Counted from the first letter of the stretch, positions 9,870 through 19,865 are shown. The stretch: DNA of 32,000 bases from Wolbachia endosymbiont of Litomosoides sigmodontis (GCF_013365435.1 NZ_CP046577.1:600001-632000); one strand, 5' to 3'. The notes: generated by a model not told the origin, from the sequence alone. Numbers and translations are program-made.

Positions 9870-10418
9870 GTGCATCTGATAGTTGGGCTTGGTAATCCAG
9901 GTAGCCAATATGAGCTGACTTATCACAACATTGGCTTTATCGTTGTTAATACAATTTGTAAATATTGGAATTTCCCGTTATTCTCCAAGAGAGCAGATTG
10001 CCTGATAACCTCTGGCGTAATTAATGATAATAAAATTATGCTAGTGAAGCCCTATTCGTTTATGAATAATTCTGGCATTCCTGTTGCAAGGATACGAAAC
10101 TTTTACACGTTTTCGCTAAGTGACATTACTGTTATACATGATGACGTTGATCTAGAACTTGGCAGAATAAAAATAAAGAAAGGTGGTAATTCTGCTGGAC
10201 ATAATGGACTTAAATCTATAGATAGCTCTATTGGTAATGATTATTGGCGTTTGAGATTTGGGGTAGGCAGACCCGATGATCAAAGTAATCTATCAGATTA
10301 CGTATTATCAAAATTTTCTAATTTTAATAATGTCATTCCCTTAGTAGAAAAAATAGCACAAAACATACACTTAACTCTACAAAGAGACAATACAGCTTTT
10401 ATCAACTCAATTATATAA
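9870..10418 (+). CDS. pth: Peptidyl-tRNA hydrolase
   Basis: 182-aa ORF with a GTG start. Pth motifs are LIVGLGNPGSQYELTYHNIGF, HDDVDLELGRIKIKKGGNSAGHNGLKSI and RLRFGVGRP. It starts 2 nt after the rplY stop (conserved rplY-pth pair). Confidence 0.9.
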   Translation: MHLIVGLGNPGSQYELTYHNIGFIVVNTICKYWNFPLFSKRADCLITSGVINDNKIMLVKPYSFMNNSGIPVARIRNFYTFSLSDITVIHDDVDLELGRIKIKKGGNSAGHNGLKSIDSSIGNDYWRLRFGVGRPDDQSNLSDYVLSKFSNFNNVIPLVEKIAQNIHLTLQRDNTAFINSII

Positions 10419-10719
10419 TACTACAAGGTCGTTTTATATAATTTAAACAACACTTTATTATATCTGACTCGAAATATGAACACAAGAAATAAAGCCAAGT
10501 TCAGAGAAATTTAGAAATCATAATCATATGACAGATTTTTTCTAATATTATAAGAAGAGAGAAAGAATAGGCAAAACTAAATAAAATCACACAATTAGAG
10601 TAACTGAAGAATTAACTAAGAAATTAGTTAGTTTAAAAGTAAATCTTGATATAACATAACCAAGATGAGGACATTCCTTTGTATACTACAATTTGGTGAG
10701 CAATATCAAAGTTGCAGAA

Positions 10720-11062
10720 CTATTACTAGTAAAGTGTGGTACAAGCTTTATAAGCAACATTGCAGAGAGTGAAAAAGAGGTAATAAATTTGCATGAAGCG
10801 CTCTTAAGTAAAGCAATTGTGTTGTAGACTTTACTGCACAAAATGTTCTGTTTTATATAAAACTAAGATTTTTCAAGTAGAGTTGAGCTCTGGTAGTATG
10901 GTAGTAGGTGTACAATCTCGATATTTTTAGATGTCTTTAAATTTCTCGACTTATACTGAATAGTACAATCCGTGACAAGAAAGGCTCCTTGTGTTCTTAA
11001 ATATTAAGATATTTTTTCAAGAAACATATTCATACAATCAGTGTTAATATTTGGTACAAACA
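10720..11062 (-). mobile_element. Decayed IS630-family fragment (right-end half)
   Basis: Homologous to the right-proximal half of the other copies (gtaataaatttgcatgaagcgctcttaagtaaagc...tagactttactgcacaaaatgttctgttttatata...gtacaatccgtgacaagaaaggctccttgtg). It is interrupted at about 11062 by the next element. Confidence 0.65.
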
Positions 11063-11436
11063 ATACCAATTTCCACTGTACAAGGAACGGATAGATAATA
11101 ATAAGAAAGAAGCTACATTGAAGTAAGTATAAAATAGTAAGCTTTTGTGTAATTATAACAAAAAAGCACAGCATAACGGCCGTAGCAAAAATATGTTTCA
11201 TTTTAAGAATAGCAACAACCGTATGAATAAAGTACCTAAAATTTTAAAAAAACTGTATACTCCCTCTCAAGGTCATAGAAAAACTAGAATCAGAGTCAAT
11301 TCAAACAAGTTGAAGTATAGATACAAGAAAATACTAATATTAACATTAAAGAAATGAAAGCAAGAATCAAGGAAAAATTTGGCTTGAATATCAGTAAGTC
11401 TTGCTTATTTGACTTATCAACAGTAAGAATTGGTAT
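11063..11436 (+). mobile_element. 374-bp MITE-like deletion derivative of the IS630-family element, with both termini present
   Basis: It begins ATACCAATTTCCACTGTACAAGG... and ends ...CAGTAAGAATTGGTAT, so the termini are inverted (ATACCAATT / AATTGGTAT). The interior keeps only part of the N-terminal HTH region. Hand translation from 11339: INIKEMKARIKEKFGLNISKS. Confidence 0.7.
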
Positions 11437-11466
11437 TAGTGATTTATCCACAATGTAACATGTTTT

Positions 11467-11694
11467 TGCCACGGCCGTTATACTGTGCTTTTTTTATTAC
11501 AATTACAGCATTTAGTTTTTTATAACATATGCGTTATTTCACACTCTCTTCAGCATTTCTTTTGCTAATTTCAAGACTTTTTCATTAAATAACTTCGATT
11601 TCAATGCCACTTAAAGTTCACTATTTTGCTTACTTCAGTATAGCTTCTTTCCTATTATTGTCTATCTGTTCTTTGTAATAGTAAAAATTGGTAT
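11467..11694 (-). mobile_element. Decayed IS630-family fragment (left end plus transposase N-terminus), inverted relative to 11063-11436
   Basis: ccacggccgttatactgtgcttttttt is the reverse complement of 11150-11190. It ends in the left end ...cctattattgtctatctgttctttgtaatagtaaaaattggtat. Confidence 0.7.
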
Positions 11695-12698
11695 TAATTT
11701 ATCTAAAATATCTTCTATTGTATCTTTAACAAGAGTTTCTTGATTAACTGGCCAGACATACTCCTTTTCTATTTTCTTGATCATGCCATGAACAATTCAA
11801 TATGGCCTACTTATTGAGTAAAATTTTGTAAGTATAATCACTGAAAACGTCTCCTCTTTAAATTATGGTCATACTCTGCATTTCATGGTAGAAAGTAAGC
11901 TAAAGGTAAGTCCTGTGTTTTTTACAAGAGCTATCAGAATCTTTAAGTGTGAACTGTTTTAGCAATAAATTTATGAGCCATGTTAGCCCTGCTACAGGTC
12001 TTTAACAAGAATGTAAAAGTTATCACGTCCATGCTTTCATTTGCTTCATAATTTATGAAGCCATTACTTAATTAAGTATCCTTAATATGTGAAAACGTAA
12101 AATCTAGAATTTTTTAATTAACCGAAAATCAAGGAGTAATAAACAGATTGGAATTTAATAACAAGGGAATAGATTATTGTAAATAAGTAAAATCAAGCTT
12201 TTAGGCATAAATATAGTGTTAAACATCCCATCTCTGAACACCTCTAATTTACATAATAAGCAAGAATTATCAGAGTTGTTAAAATCCATACAGTCAGTCG
12301 AGATAACTTACATTCTCACCATAATAAAAATGGTAAGTTAAGAGCAATAGACCATCTGTTCAAGCTTTCACAGAGTGATTGAGAACATGCACAAACTCAC
12401 TCAAAGCAAGACATTGCTGATAAGACGTAGAGATATTTCAAGCGGTATTGATGCATATAAAAAAAATAAAGGCAGGAGCATCTTTAGTGTAACGCAACTA
12501 TACATGCTCTCACATATTACGTGGCCTCGAGTTGTAAACAAAATCAACCAGGAACTTGCAAAGCTAACAAAAAAGATGGACAGAGTAATATTATTTGTTG
12601 AGGCAGTGGGTTGTAATTGCAGTTTTTACAAGCTTGTCTTAATAGAATAAAACTAATTTTTTTGGTATAAAGATATGATAGCGATATTTCCTTTTTAA

Positions 12699-13427
12699 AT
12701 GACAAGCATGGAAGACTTAAACAACAATATATCTAAGATCATTAATTATAGATTTAAAAATGACGCTATATTAGAGGAAGCATTAACTCATCCAAGCTTA
12801 AATAAAAGAAACAGCAAAAATCAAATTAAAAATTATGAAAGGCTAGAATTTTTGGGCGATAGTATCTTGAATATGATTGTATCTGCTATACTATTCAGAC
12901 TATTTCCTGAAGAAAAAGAAGGGGCATTGGCAAGAAGAAAAACGGATCTAGTTTGTGGTAATACCATTGCTAATGTTGCTAAAGCAATAAGATTGGACAA
13001 CTTTATCATCATGAATAATAGTGAACGTTGCAATGGAGGAAGATGCAACCTAAAAAATTCAGAAAATGCACTTGAAGCACTAATAGGTGCAATTTATATT
13101 GATGGCGGATTTGCAAATGTTGAAAAATTTGTTATCAAACATTGGGAAGAACTAGCTAAAGGCATGCTCAATCCCCCTCAAGATCCTAAAACCTCATTGC
13201 AAGAGTGGACTCAAAAAAACAAATTACCCTTACCAGAGTATGAGCTTATAAAACAAACTGGACCAGCACACAGTCCTGAATTTACTATATCAATTTGCAT
13301 AAAAAATTATGGTGAAGTTTTTGCATGTGCTTCTAGTAAAAAGGTTGCTGAACAAAAAGCTGCTGAATTAATGTTAGAAAAGATTAACAATAGTGAAAAG
13401 GCAACTTATACCAATTCTTATTATTAA
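12699..13427 (+). CDS. rnc: Ribonuclease III
   Basis: 242-aa ORF. The catalytic signature is YERLEFLGDSILNMIVS and ALEALIGAIYIDGG, with a C-terminal dsRBD (KTSLQEWTQKNKLPLPEY...GPAHSPEFT). The last 6 codons and the stop lie inside the IS terminus that begins at 13408. Confidence 0.92.
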   Translation: MTSMEDLNNNISKIINYRFKNDAILEEALTHPSLNKRNSKNQIKNYERLEFLGDSILNMIVSAILFRLFPEEKEGALARRKTDLVCGNTIANVAKAIRLDNFIIMNNSERCNGGRCNLKNSENALEALIGAIYIDGGFANVEKFVIKHWEELAKGMLNPPQDPKTSLQEWTQKNKLPLPEYELIKQTGPAHSPEFTISICIKNYGEVFACASSKKVAEQKAAELMLEKINNSEKATYTNSYY

Positions 13428-14261
13428 TGAGTCAATAAGCGATATCACAGAATTATTTAATTGCGGAGTGAGAAAGAGAAAAGTAATAAACTTGCAGAAA
13501 GCGCTTTCAAGTAAAGTAATTTTATTATAGACTTTATTACGCAAAATGCTCTGTTTTATATACAACCAAAATTTCTCAATAGAATTGGAGCTTAGGCAAG
13601 CAAAGCTTCTCTTAAATATTGCAACATTTATTCAAAAAATATATTCATTTATACAATCAGAGAAATAAAAATTTTGTCTACCTCATTTCACTTTTAAAAA
13701 GTACAGTATAACAAGTCTTAGCAAAAATATGTTGCATTTTCAATGCCATAGAAAAACTAGATTGAACCAGAACTAATTTGAACAAGATGAAAGTAGGTAA
13801 GAAAAGTTTAAAACAGACTTATGAGAATATTAGTAAGTATCATGAACAAGAGTTATTTTTCTTTCATTAGAAAGTTGGATATTAGTAATTTAAAAAGAGC
13901 GTTAGAACACAGGCCAAAGTAAAATCAGGTAGACAAAATTTTTATCTCTACAGTACAGTTGTTAATCATAAAAATCAAGAGAATTCTAGTTTGTTTGCAC
14001 TGAATGTTCATACTGATTGAACAAACAAATATATTTTTTAACAAATGTTGCAATATTTTAAAATAAGAGAAGCTTTTCTTATCATAAATTGTGCTAATTG
14101 GAACGAGTCATGAAATTTAGGTAACTAAAAATATAAAATTTATAATAAAATTATTTTGCTTGAAAGCGCTTTCTGCAAATTTATTACTTTTCTCTTTCTC
14201 ACTCCGCAATTAAACAATTCTGTAATATCGCTTATTAACTCACTAATAATAAGAATTAGTA
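13408..14261. mobile_element. Palindromic composite of two inverted, internally deleted IS630-family copies
   Basis: The outer arms (13408-13520 and 14158-14261) are reverse complements with about 6 mismatches in about 103 nt by eye. A second inverted pair lies inside (aataaaaattttgtctacctcatttcac at about 13660 versus gtaaaatcaggtagacaaaatttttatc at about 13920). The composite fills the whole rnc/secretin convergent spacer. Confidence 0.8.
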
Positions 14262-14272
14262 CAAGTAACGAC

Positions 14273-15817
14273 TTAGTGTATATACAAATTCTTATCTTTT
14301 TTATCTAACAAACTAAATGTTGGTACAATTGTTGCTTTTAAAAAGATGACAGTTTCTACTGTTCTCATGTTGTTTACTAGCCTTTTTGACTTCTTATTTA
14401 ACGTAGCTTTAAAGCTCTGCTTACCTTCTCTATGCTCTATAAGCCCGCCAATCACCATAACTTCACCACTCTTAACCTTTAACATAGAGTTCATTTCTCT
14501 AATTTCAATAATTGGAATATCGCTATTCAATTTCGTTTTACTCTGCTGCGCAATGTACTCTATGTTCGGATCTTTAGTGTAACCGTTAATTCTTGATAAA
14601 GTTGGATGTATATTCATGAATATCTCACTAGTATCAACATTGATACTTGGATGAATTACTAACACGACACCTATTGGCACGCTATTCATTCTTGTCACTA
14701 AGACCTGATTTGAATTTTTAATATTTTTTTGTGTGTCAGAAGTAAAATAAACGTGATTTTTAGTGAATGAAATCATTGCCTGCTGATTATTTATGGCATG
14801 TACTCTGGGACTTGAAATTACAGTTGAAGTACCAAATTTATCTAAACTTTTCACTAAATTCTCTAGATCACTTACACCAAAATTTGCCGTAAGATTAATA
14901 ATAGAATTATCTTGATTCACCACAAGCTTATTTCCACTACGTACATCACTTAAGTTAATACCAGAAAGGTATTTGTCGTCTAACATAACTTCAACTATTT
15001 TTGCCTCTATTATCACTTGAGAGGACGCCAATTGTCTAACCTTATTAATATACTCTTTAACAGCTTTATGGGTGTCTTTTCTAGCATTTAAAACAATGAC
15101 ACCTGTCTCTCTGTTTAATAGAAGAAATTCTCCATCATCTACCCCATTAACGTCCATTATTGCATTAAGACCTTTTTCCAATGAATTCCATAAATCACTG
15201 CTATATTGAGACTTCATAACGCTATTGTAATCTTTATCAACGTTGCTTTCATCACCACTAGTAATAGTGTTATTAATAACAAAACTACTCTGAGCAAAAT
15301 GTTGAACATTAATGAAATCTACGTAATAATTTTGTGCGTATGGCAAGTCTTTCTCAATTCTAATCACACCATTATTTGTTGAATAACGCAGTTTAGCACT
15401 ATCAGCTATACTCTGGATTACTTCGTTTATATTTTTATCTTTTAGCTTTAAAATAATATTACCTGATATTTTGGGGTCTATATCTAAATTAATATCAGAA
15501 AGCTTTCCTATCTCAATCAGTAAATCCTTTACTTGCACTTCTTCACCAATATTAATGGAAATAAGTTGACTGCTGGCTGTAAGATCAGGAAATTTTACAG
15601 GCAAAGGCACAATTTCTGGTATTGCTGGCTCATTGCCTTCTAAAATGGAGAGTCCATTTTTACATCGCTGTAACAAATAACTGTGTTCATTTATATTATA
15701 ACAATCTTCACTCTCTATTTTAGTAAGGTTTTTATCATACCCTTGAGTAAGCAGGCATACACAAAAAATGATAAAAAGAAGCATCAAGCATTTTAAAATA
15801 GCCATTAGAAAAAGCAT
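14273..15817 (-). CDS. Secretin-family outer-membrane channel protein (GspD/PilQ/MshL-like)
   Basis: 514-aa ORF with an N-terminal hydrophobic signal-like segment (MAILKCLMLLFIIFCVCLL). The C-terminal secretin domain pattern is TSTVISSPRVHAINNQQAMISF...VPIGVVLVIHPSINVDTSEIFMNIHPTLS...IIEIREMNSMLKVKSGEVMVIGGLIE. Confidence 0.8.
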   Translation of the reverse strand: MLFLMAILKCLMLLFIIFCVCLLTQGYDKNLTKIESEDCYNINEHSYLLQRCKNGLSILEGNEPAIPEIVPLPVKFPDLTASSQLISINIGEEVQVKDLLIEIGKLSDINLDIDPKISGNIILKLKDKNINEVIQSIADSAKLRYSTNNGVIRIEKDLPYAQNYYVDFINVQHFAQSSFVINNTITSGDESNVDKDYNSVMKSQYSSDLWNSLEKGLNAIMDVNGVDDGEFLLLNRETGVIVLNARKDTHKAVKEYINKVRQLASSQVIIEAKIVEVMLDDKYLSGINLSDVRSGNKLVVNQDNSIINLTANFGVSDLENLVKSLDKFGTSTVISSPRVHAINNQQAMISFTKNHVYFTSDTQKNIKNSNQVLVTRMNSVPIGVVLVIHPSINVDTSEIFMNIHPTLSRINGYTKDPNIEYIAQQSKTKLNSDIPIIEIREMNSMLKVKSGEVMVIGGLIEHREGKQSFKATLNKKSKRLVNNMRTVETVIFLKATIVPTFSLLDKKDKNLYIH

Positions 15818-15877
15818 ACAAAACCATTCTAATAGATTTCTATAAAAGTATTAAAAATACATTTAATTTTGTTTCCA

Positions 15878-16320
15878 TTTGGCAATGGCATTAAAATCAA
15901 AATTATTGGATGAAAAAGTTATGGAATTAGCAAAAGAAATGTTGAAGGAAGTGCAAAATAACGCATATATTACAAAAAAACTAAATGCTATAATTGCAGC
16001 AAGGAAGCACAATATAATAGCCGAGCAAAAGTATGTTTTATTTCAAGAACAGCATTAATTGTATAGATAAATCACCTAAATCTTGGAAGAGAAAAAATTG
16101 TCTATTGCCATCAACGTCGTAGAAAAACTAGATTAAATCAAAGTTAATTTGAATAAGCTGAGATATGAATACAAGAAAATTCTAATATTACCATTAAAGA
16201 AATGATAATAAAGAATCCAAGAAAGATTTGACTTAAATGTTAGCAAGACTACAGTCACCTTAAATATATAAAAAATGAAGTTTTTGTATATTATGTCAAT
16301 GGTAATATTAATGCTCATTG
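15878..16320 (+). mobile_element. IS630-family fragment (transposase N-terminal about 440 bp); left arm of a large inverted repeat
   Basis: It starts ATGGCATTAAAATCAAAATTATTGGATG (MALKSKLLDEKVMELAKEML...). It is the near-identical reverse complement of about 16616-17049. Confidence 0.8.
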
Positions 16321-16334
16321 TTTATAAGTTAAAT

Positions 16335-17132
16335 AATTAAAGTTGCAAAGTTGTTTAATTGCGGAGTGAGTAAAGAAAGAAGTAATAGATTTGCACAGAT
16401 ACTCTTAATTTCTAGAATTAACTGTACTGTAGAGATAAAAATTTTGTCATCTAATTTTACTTTAACTTGCATTCCAACGCCTTTTTTTAATTATACATAT
16501 CCAATTTTCTAATGTATGCCAAACTGCAATTCATTAAAGATGAATAACCTTTTTTTAGGATACTTATCAATAGTTTCATTAAGTTTTTTTTTAACTCTTT
16601 CTATCTACTTTTATCTTGTTCATTGTGAATTGGTTTTGGCATAATATGCAAAAATTTCATTTTTATATATTTAAGGTGACTGTAGTCTTGCTAACATTTA
16701 AGTCAAATCTTTCTTGGATTCTTTATTATCATTTCTTTAATGGTAATATTAGAATTCTCTTGTATTCATATCTCAGCTTATTCAAATTAACTTTGATTTA
16801 ATCTAGTTTTTCTACGACGTTGATGGCAATAGACAATTTTTTCTCTTCCAAGATTTAGGTGATTTATCCATACAATTAATGCTATTCTTGAAATAAAACA
16901 TACTTTTGCTCGGCTATTATATTGTGCTTCCTTGCTGCAATTATAGCATTTAGTTTTTTTGTAATATATGCGTTATTTTGCACTTCCTTCAGCATTTCTT
17001 TTGCTAATTTCATAACTTTTTCATCCAATAATTTTGATTTTAATGCCATCTAAATCTTACTATTTTACTTACTTCAGTAAGACTTCTTTTCTATTCTTGT
17101 CTATCCGTTTCTTGCATAGTGAGAATTAGTAT
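16335..17132 (-). mobile_element. Decayed IS630-family copy with an internal deletion and left end present; right arm of the inverted repeat
   Basis: The right-proximal motif gtttaattgcggagtgagtaaagaaag is followed by the DE region, the HTH region and the N-terminus. The copy then ends with the left end ...ctattcttgtctatccgtttcttgcatagtgagaattagtat at 17132. Confidence 0.8.
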
Positions 17133-17587
17133 AAAAATTTAACATTAAGCTAACCAGGAAATGTTCAGTAGAATTGAATTTTGAGGTGATTCATTGATCT
17201 TTCCTAATCTAAAAATCATTGATCCTATACTCAGGTAGAAATATAAGGAAATCGCATATCCTGAGTACTGAGATCATAGTAAAAGTTTTAAAAATACAAA
17301 TATGCTAGCTGATTTATCAAAAATTGAAGAAGAATTACCATTTTCCAATATATTAACTTAAAGATATGCTGTATCAAATTTTTTTTATGCTTTCAATTTC
17401 GTCTCGTAACTATATTTTTCATTAATGTTTCTTAGTTATCAGAGCATAACTTACCGCTATTAGCGCTTTCATCATATTTTCTTGGATTTATAGTATATGC
17501 ATTCACTATAATCATAGTATTAAAAACAATAGACTTTTTTATCATAAGCAAGTTTACAATTTATAGTGCTTTTCTCATATCAAAAAA

Positions 17588-18838
17588 TTAGGAAAGAACA
17601 TTTCCAATTAAGTAATCATTTTCCATTCCCATAATGATAGCTTTTACAATACTTTTAGCTTGAGTCTTTGATGTAAGCTTTACCAATGCAAAATTTTCTG
17701 CTCTACCAATATTATTTTGCTCAACTAAAACACTTTGTTTAGTGCCTATCAAAGACTGATAAAAATTATTCATCATCGTTTTATTTATTTCTCTTAAGCT
17801 TTTTACTCTTTCTTTACGTACATTTTCTGGCACTTGCGGCATTCGTGCAGCAGGTGTACTCTTCCGCTTTGAATATGGAAAAGCATGTAAATAAACTGCA
17901 TTTATCTCTTTAAGTAGATTAACTGTATCCTGAAACATTTCATCAGTTTCTGTAGGAAATCCAGCAATAATATCAGCACCGTATGCCACATTATACCTTA
18001 AACTCTTCACTTTATGACAAAATTCTATTACCTGTTCCTTGCTGTGACGACGTTTCATCCTTTTTAGAATCAAATTATTACCAGATTGTAAACTTAAATG
18101 CAAATATGGCATAAATCTTGACTCATTAATTATTAAATCCATTAATTCATCATCAACTTCAGCAACATCAATAGAAGAAAGTCTGAGTCTCTTTAATTCT
18201 GGCACATCTTTTAAAACTCTTCTAACCATTGAACCAAGTGAAGGTTTGCTGAATAAATCAGTACCAAAATCAGTAATATCCACTCCTGTAAACACTACTT
18301 CTTGATAGCCATTTGCTACAAAAATCTTGATTTGCTCAATAATATTATTTATTGGTACTGATTTGTTATTTCCCCTTGCTTTAGTAATCGAGCAAAATGT
18401 GCAGCTATGATTACAGCCATTTTGAACCTTGATGAAGGCTCTTGATCTGTTTTTAAATTTATCAATTAGAGCAAATTCTAACTCACTTACCTGATGATTA
18501 TCATTAATTAGTATTTTATCGTCACTTAATAAGTAATTTTCGGTCCTTAATTTATCTTGATTGCCCAATACTTTACTTACACCAGGAATATTACTATAAG
18601 ATTCAGGGTCTAATTGAACGGCACAGCCAACCACGATAATTTCTCTACTTGGATCATTTTTATAAATCTGACGTATTTTTTGTTTTACCTGGCGTTCCGC
18701 TTCATTTGTCACTGCACAGCTATGTACCACTACAACATTTTCTCTCTTTGCTTTCTTTAACGCTTCTTTAATTAACTCACTTTCATAAAAATTTAGGCGG
18801 CAACCAAATGTCACTACTTCATTCATGTAAGGCTTCAA
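17588..18838 (-). CDS. mtaB: tRNA methylthiotransferase, MtaB-type radical SAM enzyme
   Basis: 416-aa ORF. The UPF0004 N-domain is VVTFGCRLNFYESE...HSCAVTNEAERQVKQKIRQ...VVGCAVQ. The radical SAM cluster motif is VQNGCNHSCTFCSITKARG. It has a TRAM-like C-terminus. Length and motifs fit MtaB better than MiaB. Confidence 0.8.
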   Translation of the reverse strand: MKPYMNEVVTFGCRLNFYESELIKEALKKAKRENVVVVHSCAVTNEAERQVKQKIRQIYKNDPSREIIVVGCAVQLDPESYSNIPGVSKVLGNQDKLRTENYLLSDDKILINDNHQVSELEFALIDKFKNRSRAFIKVQNGCNHSCTFCSITKARGNNKSVPINNIIEQIKIFVANGYQEVVFTGVDITDFGTDLFSKPSLGSMVRRVLKDVPELKRLRLSSIDVAEVDDELMDLIINESRFMPYLHLSLQSGNNLILKRMKRRHSKEQVIEFCHKVKSLRYNVAYGADIIAGFPTETDEMFQDTVNLLKEINAVYLHAFPYSKRKSTPAARMPQVPENVRKERVKSLREINKTMMNNFYQSLIGTKQSVLVEQNNIGRAENFALVKLTSKTQAKSIVKAIIMGMENDYLIGNVLS

Positions 18839-19165
18839 TATACTTTACAATTTAATTATTATATCAGATACTCAGGTAAAGTCACTAAGCGTCTTAACCA
18901 TAACAAGCAGCAACCCTACGTTCTTATAGACCTGTTCTTTTGTATAAATTCTAAACTTATATCAATTTCATTATCTAAATCTTTCCTTGAAAAACTACCT
19001 CATTAAAATCATTAATAACCTTTGGCATTACAAAATATCCATTCTGCTGACCAAACCTGTATCCTTTTCTCCTTAAATGAAGTGAGTCAAAATATTTGCA
19101 ATTGAAATAATTTCTATTTTATTAATTCTTTCAAGTTTGTGAAACATGGTATCTGCTAATTATTA

Positions 19166-19865
19166 ACACCAATCCTTACTGTTAATAAGCAAACAAAATG
19201 ACATTGCAGAGTTATTTAATTGTGAAGCGAAAAGAGAGATAATAAATTTGCATAATAGGATTGAGCTTGGGTGTAAATATGACACAGGTATACAATCTTG
19301 ATATCTTTAGATACCTTTAAATTTCTTGACTTAGTTAATAAGGTAGACCTTTCTGTAGGTATAAAAATTTTGTCTACCTAATTTTACTTTAACCTGTGTT
19401 CCAACTCCTTTTTAAAATCATCCATATCTAAAACTTTCGAATGCGTGTTCTAAATCACAACTCATCAAAGATGAATAACTCTCTATATGAAAACTTCATT
19501 TTTTACATACTGAAGTGTACTGTAGACCTATTGACATCTAAGCCAAACTTTTTCTGAATTCTTCTTCTCATTCTTTTAATATAAGATTAAGATTTTCTTG
19601 TATCATACTTCAACTTATTCAAACTGACTATGATTCAATCTAGCTTTCCTATAAGGTTGAGAGGGAGCAAATAATCTTTTTTCTCTTATAAATTTTAGCG
19701 CTTTATTCACGCAGTTAGTGCTATTCTTGAAATACAACATCCTTGCTAAGGCTGTTATACTTTCTCTTTTGCTACAATTACAGTATTTAGTTTTTTTGCA
19801 ACATATGCATTATTTCAACTTCCCTTAGCATTTTTTTGCTGATTCCACGACTTTTTTTTGAGAAT
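19166..19865 (-). mobile_element. Decayed IS630-family copy (right terminus present, left end missing)
   Basis: It begins ACCAATCCTTACTGTTAATAAGC...gagttatttaattgtgaagcgaaaagagag and runs collinear with the other copies to the transposase N-terminus (about 19860). It lies about 75 nt downstream of tRNA-Cys. Confidence 0.7.

Noticed and set aside
12375-12650. 91-aa ORF upstream of rnc (GTG start). I considered it as lepB or another conserved rnc neighbour.
   Set aside because: It has no signal-peptidase or other recognisable motif, no clear RBS, and basic low-complexity composition. The evidence is insufficient to call it a gene.
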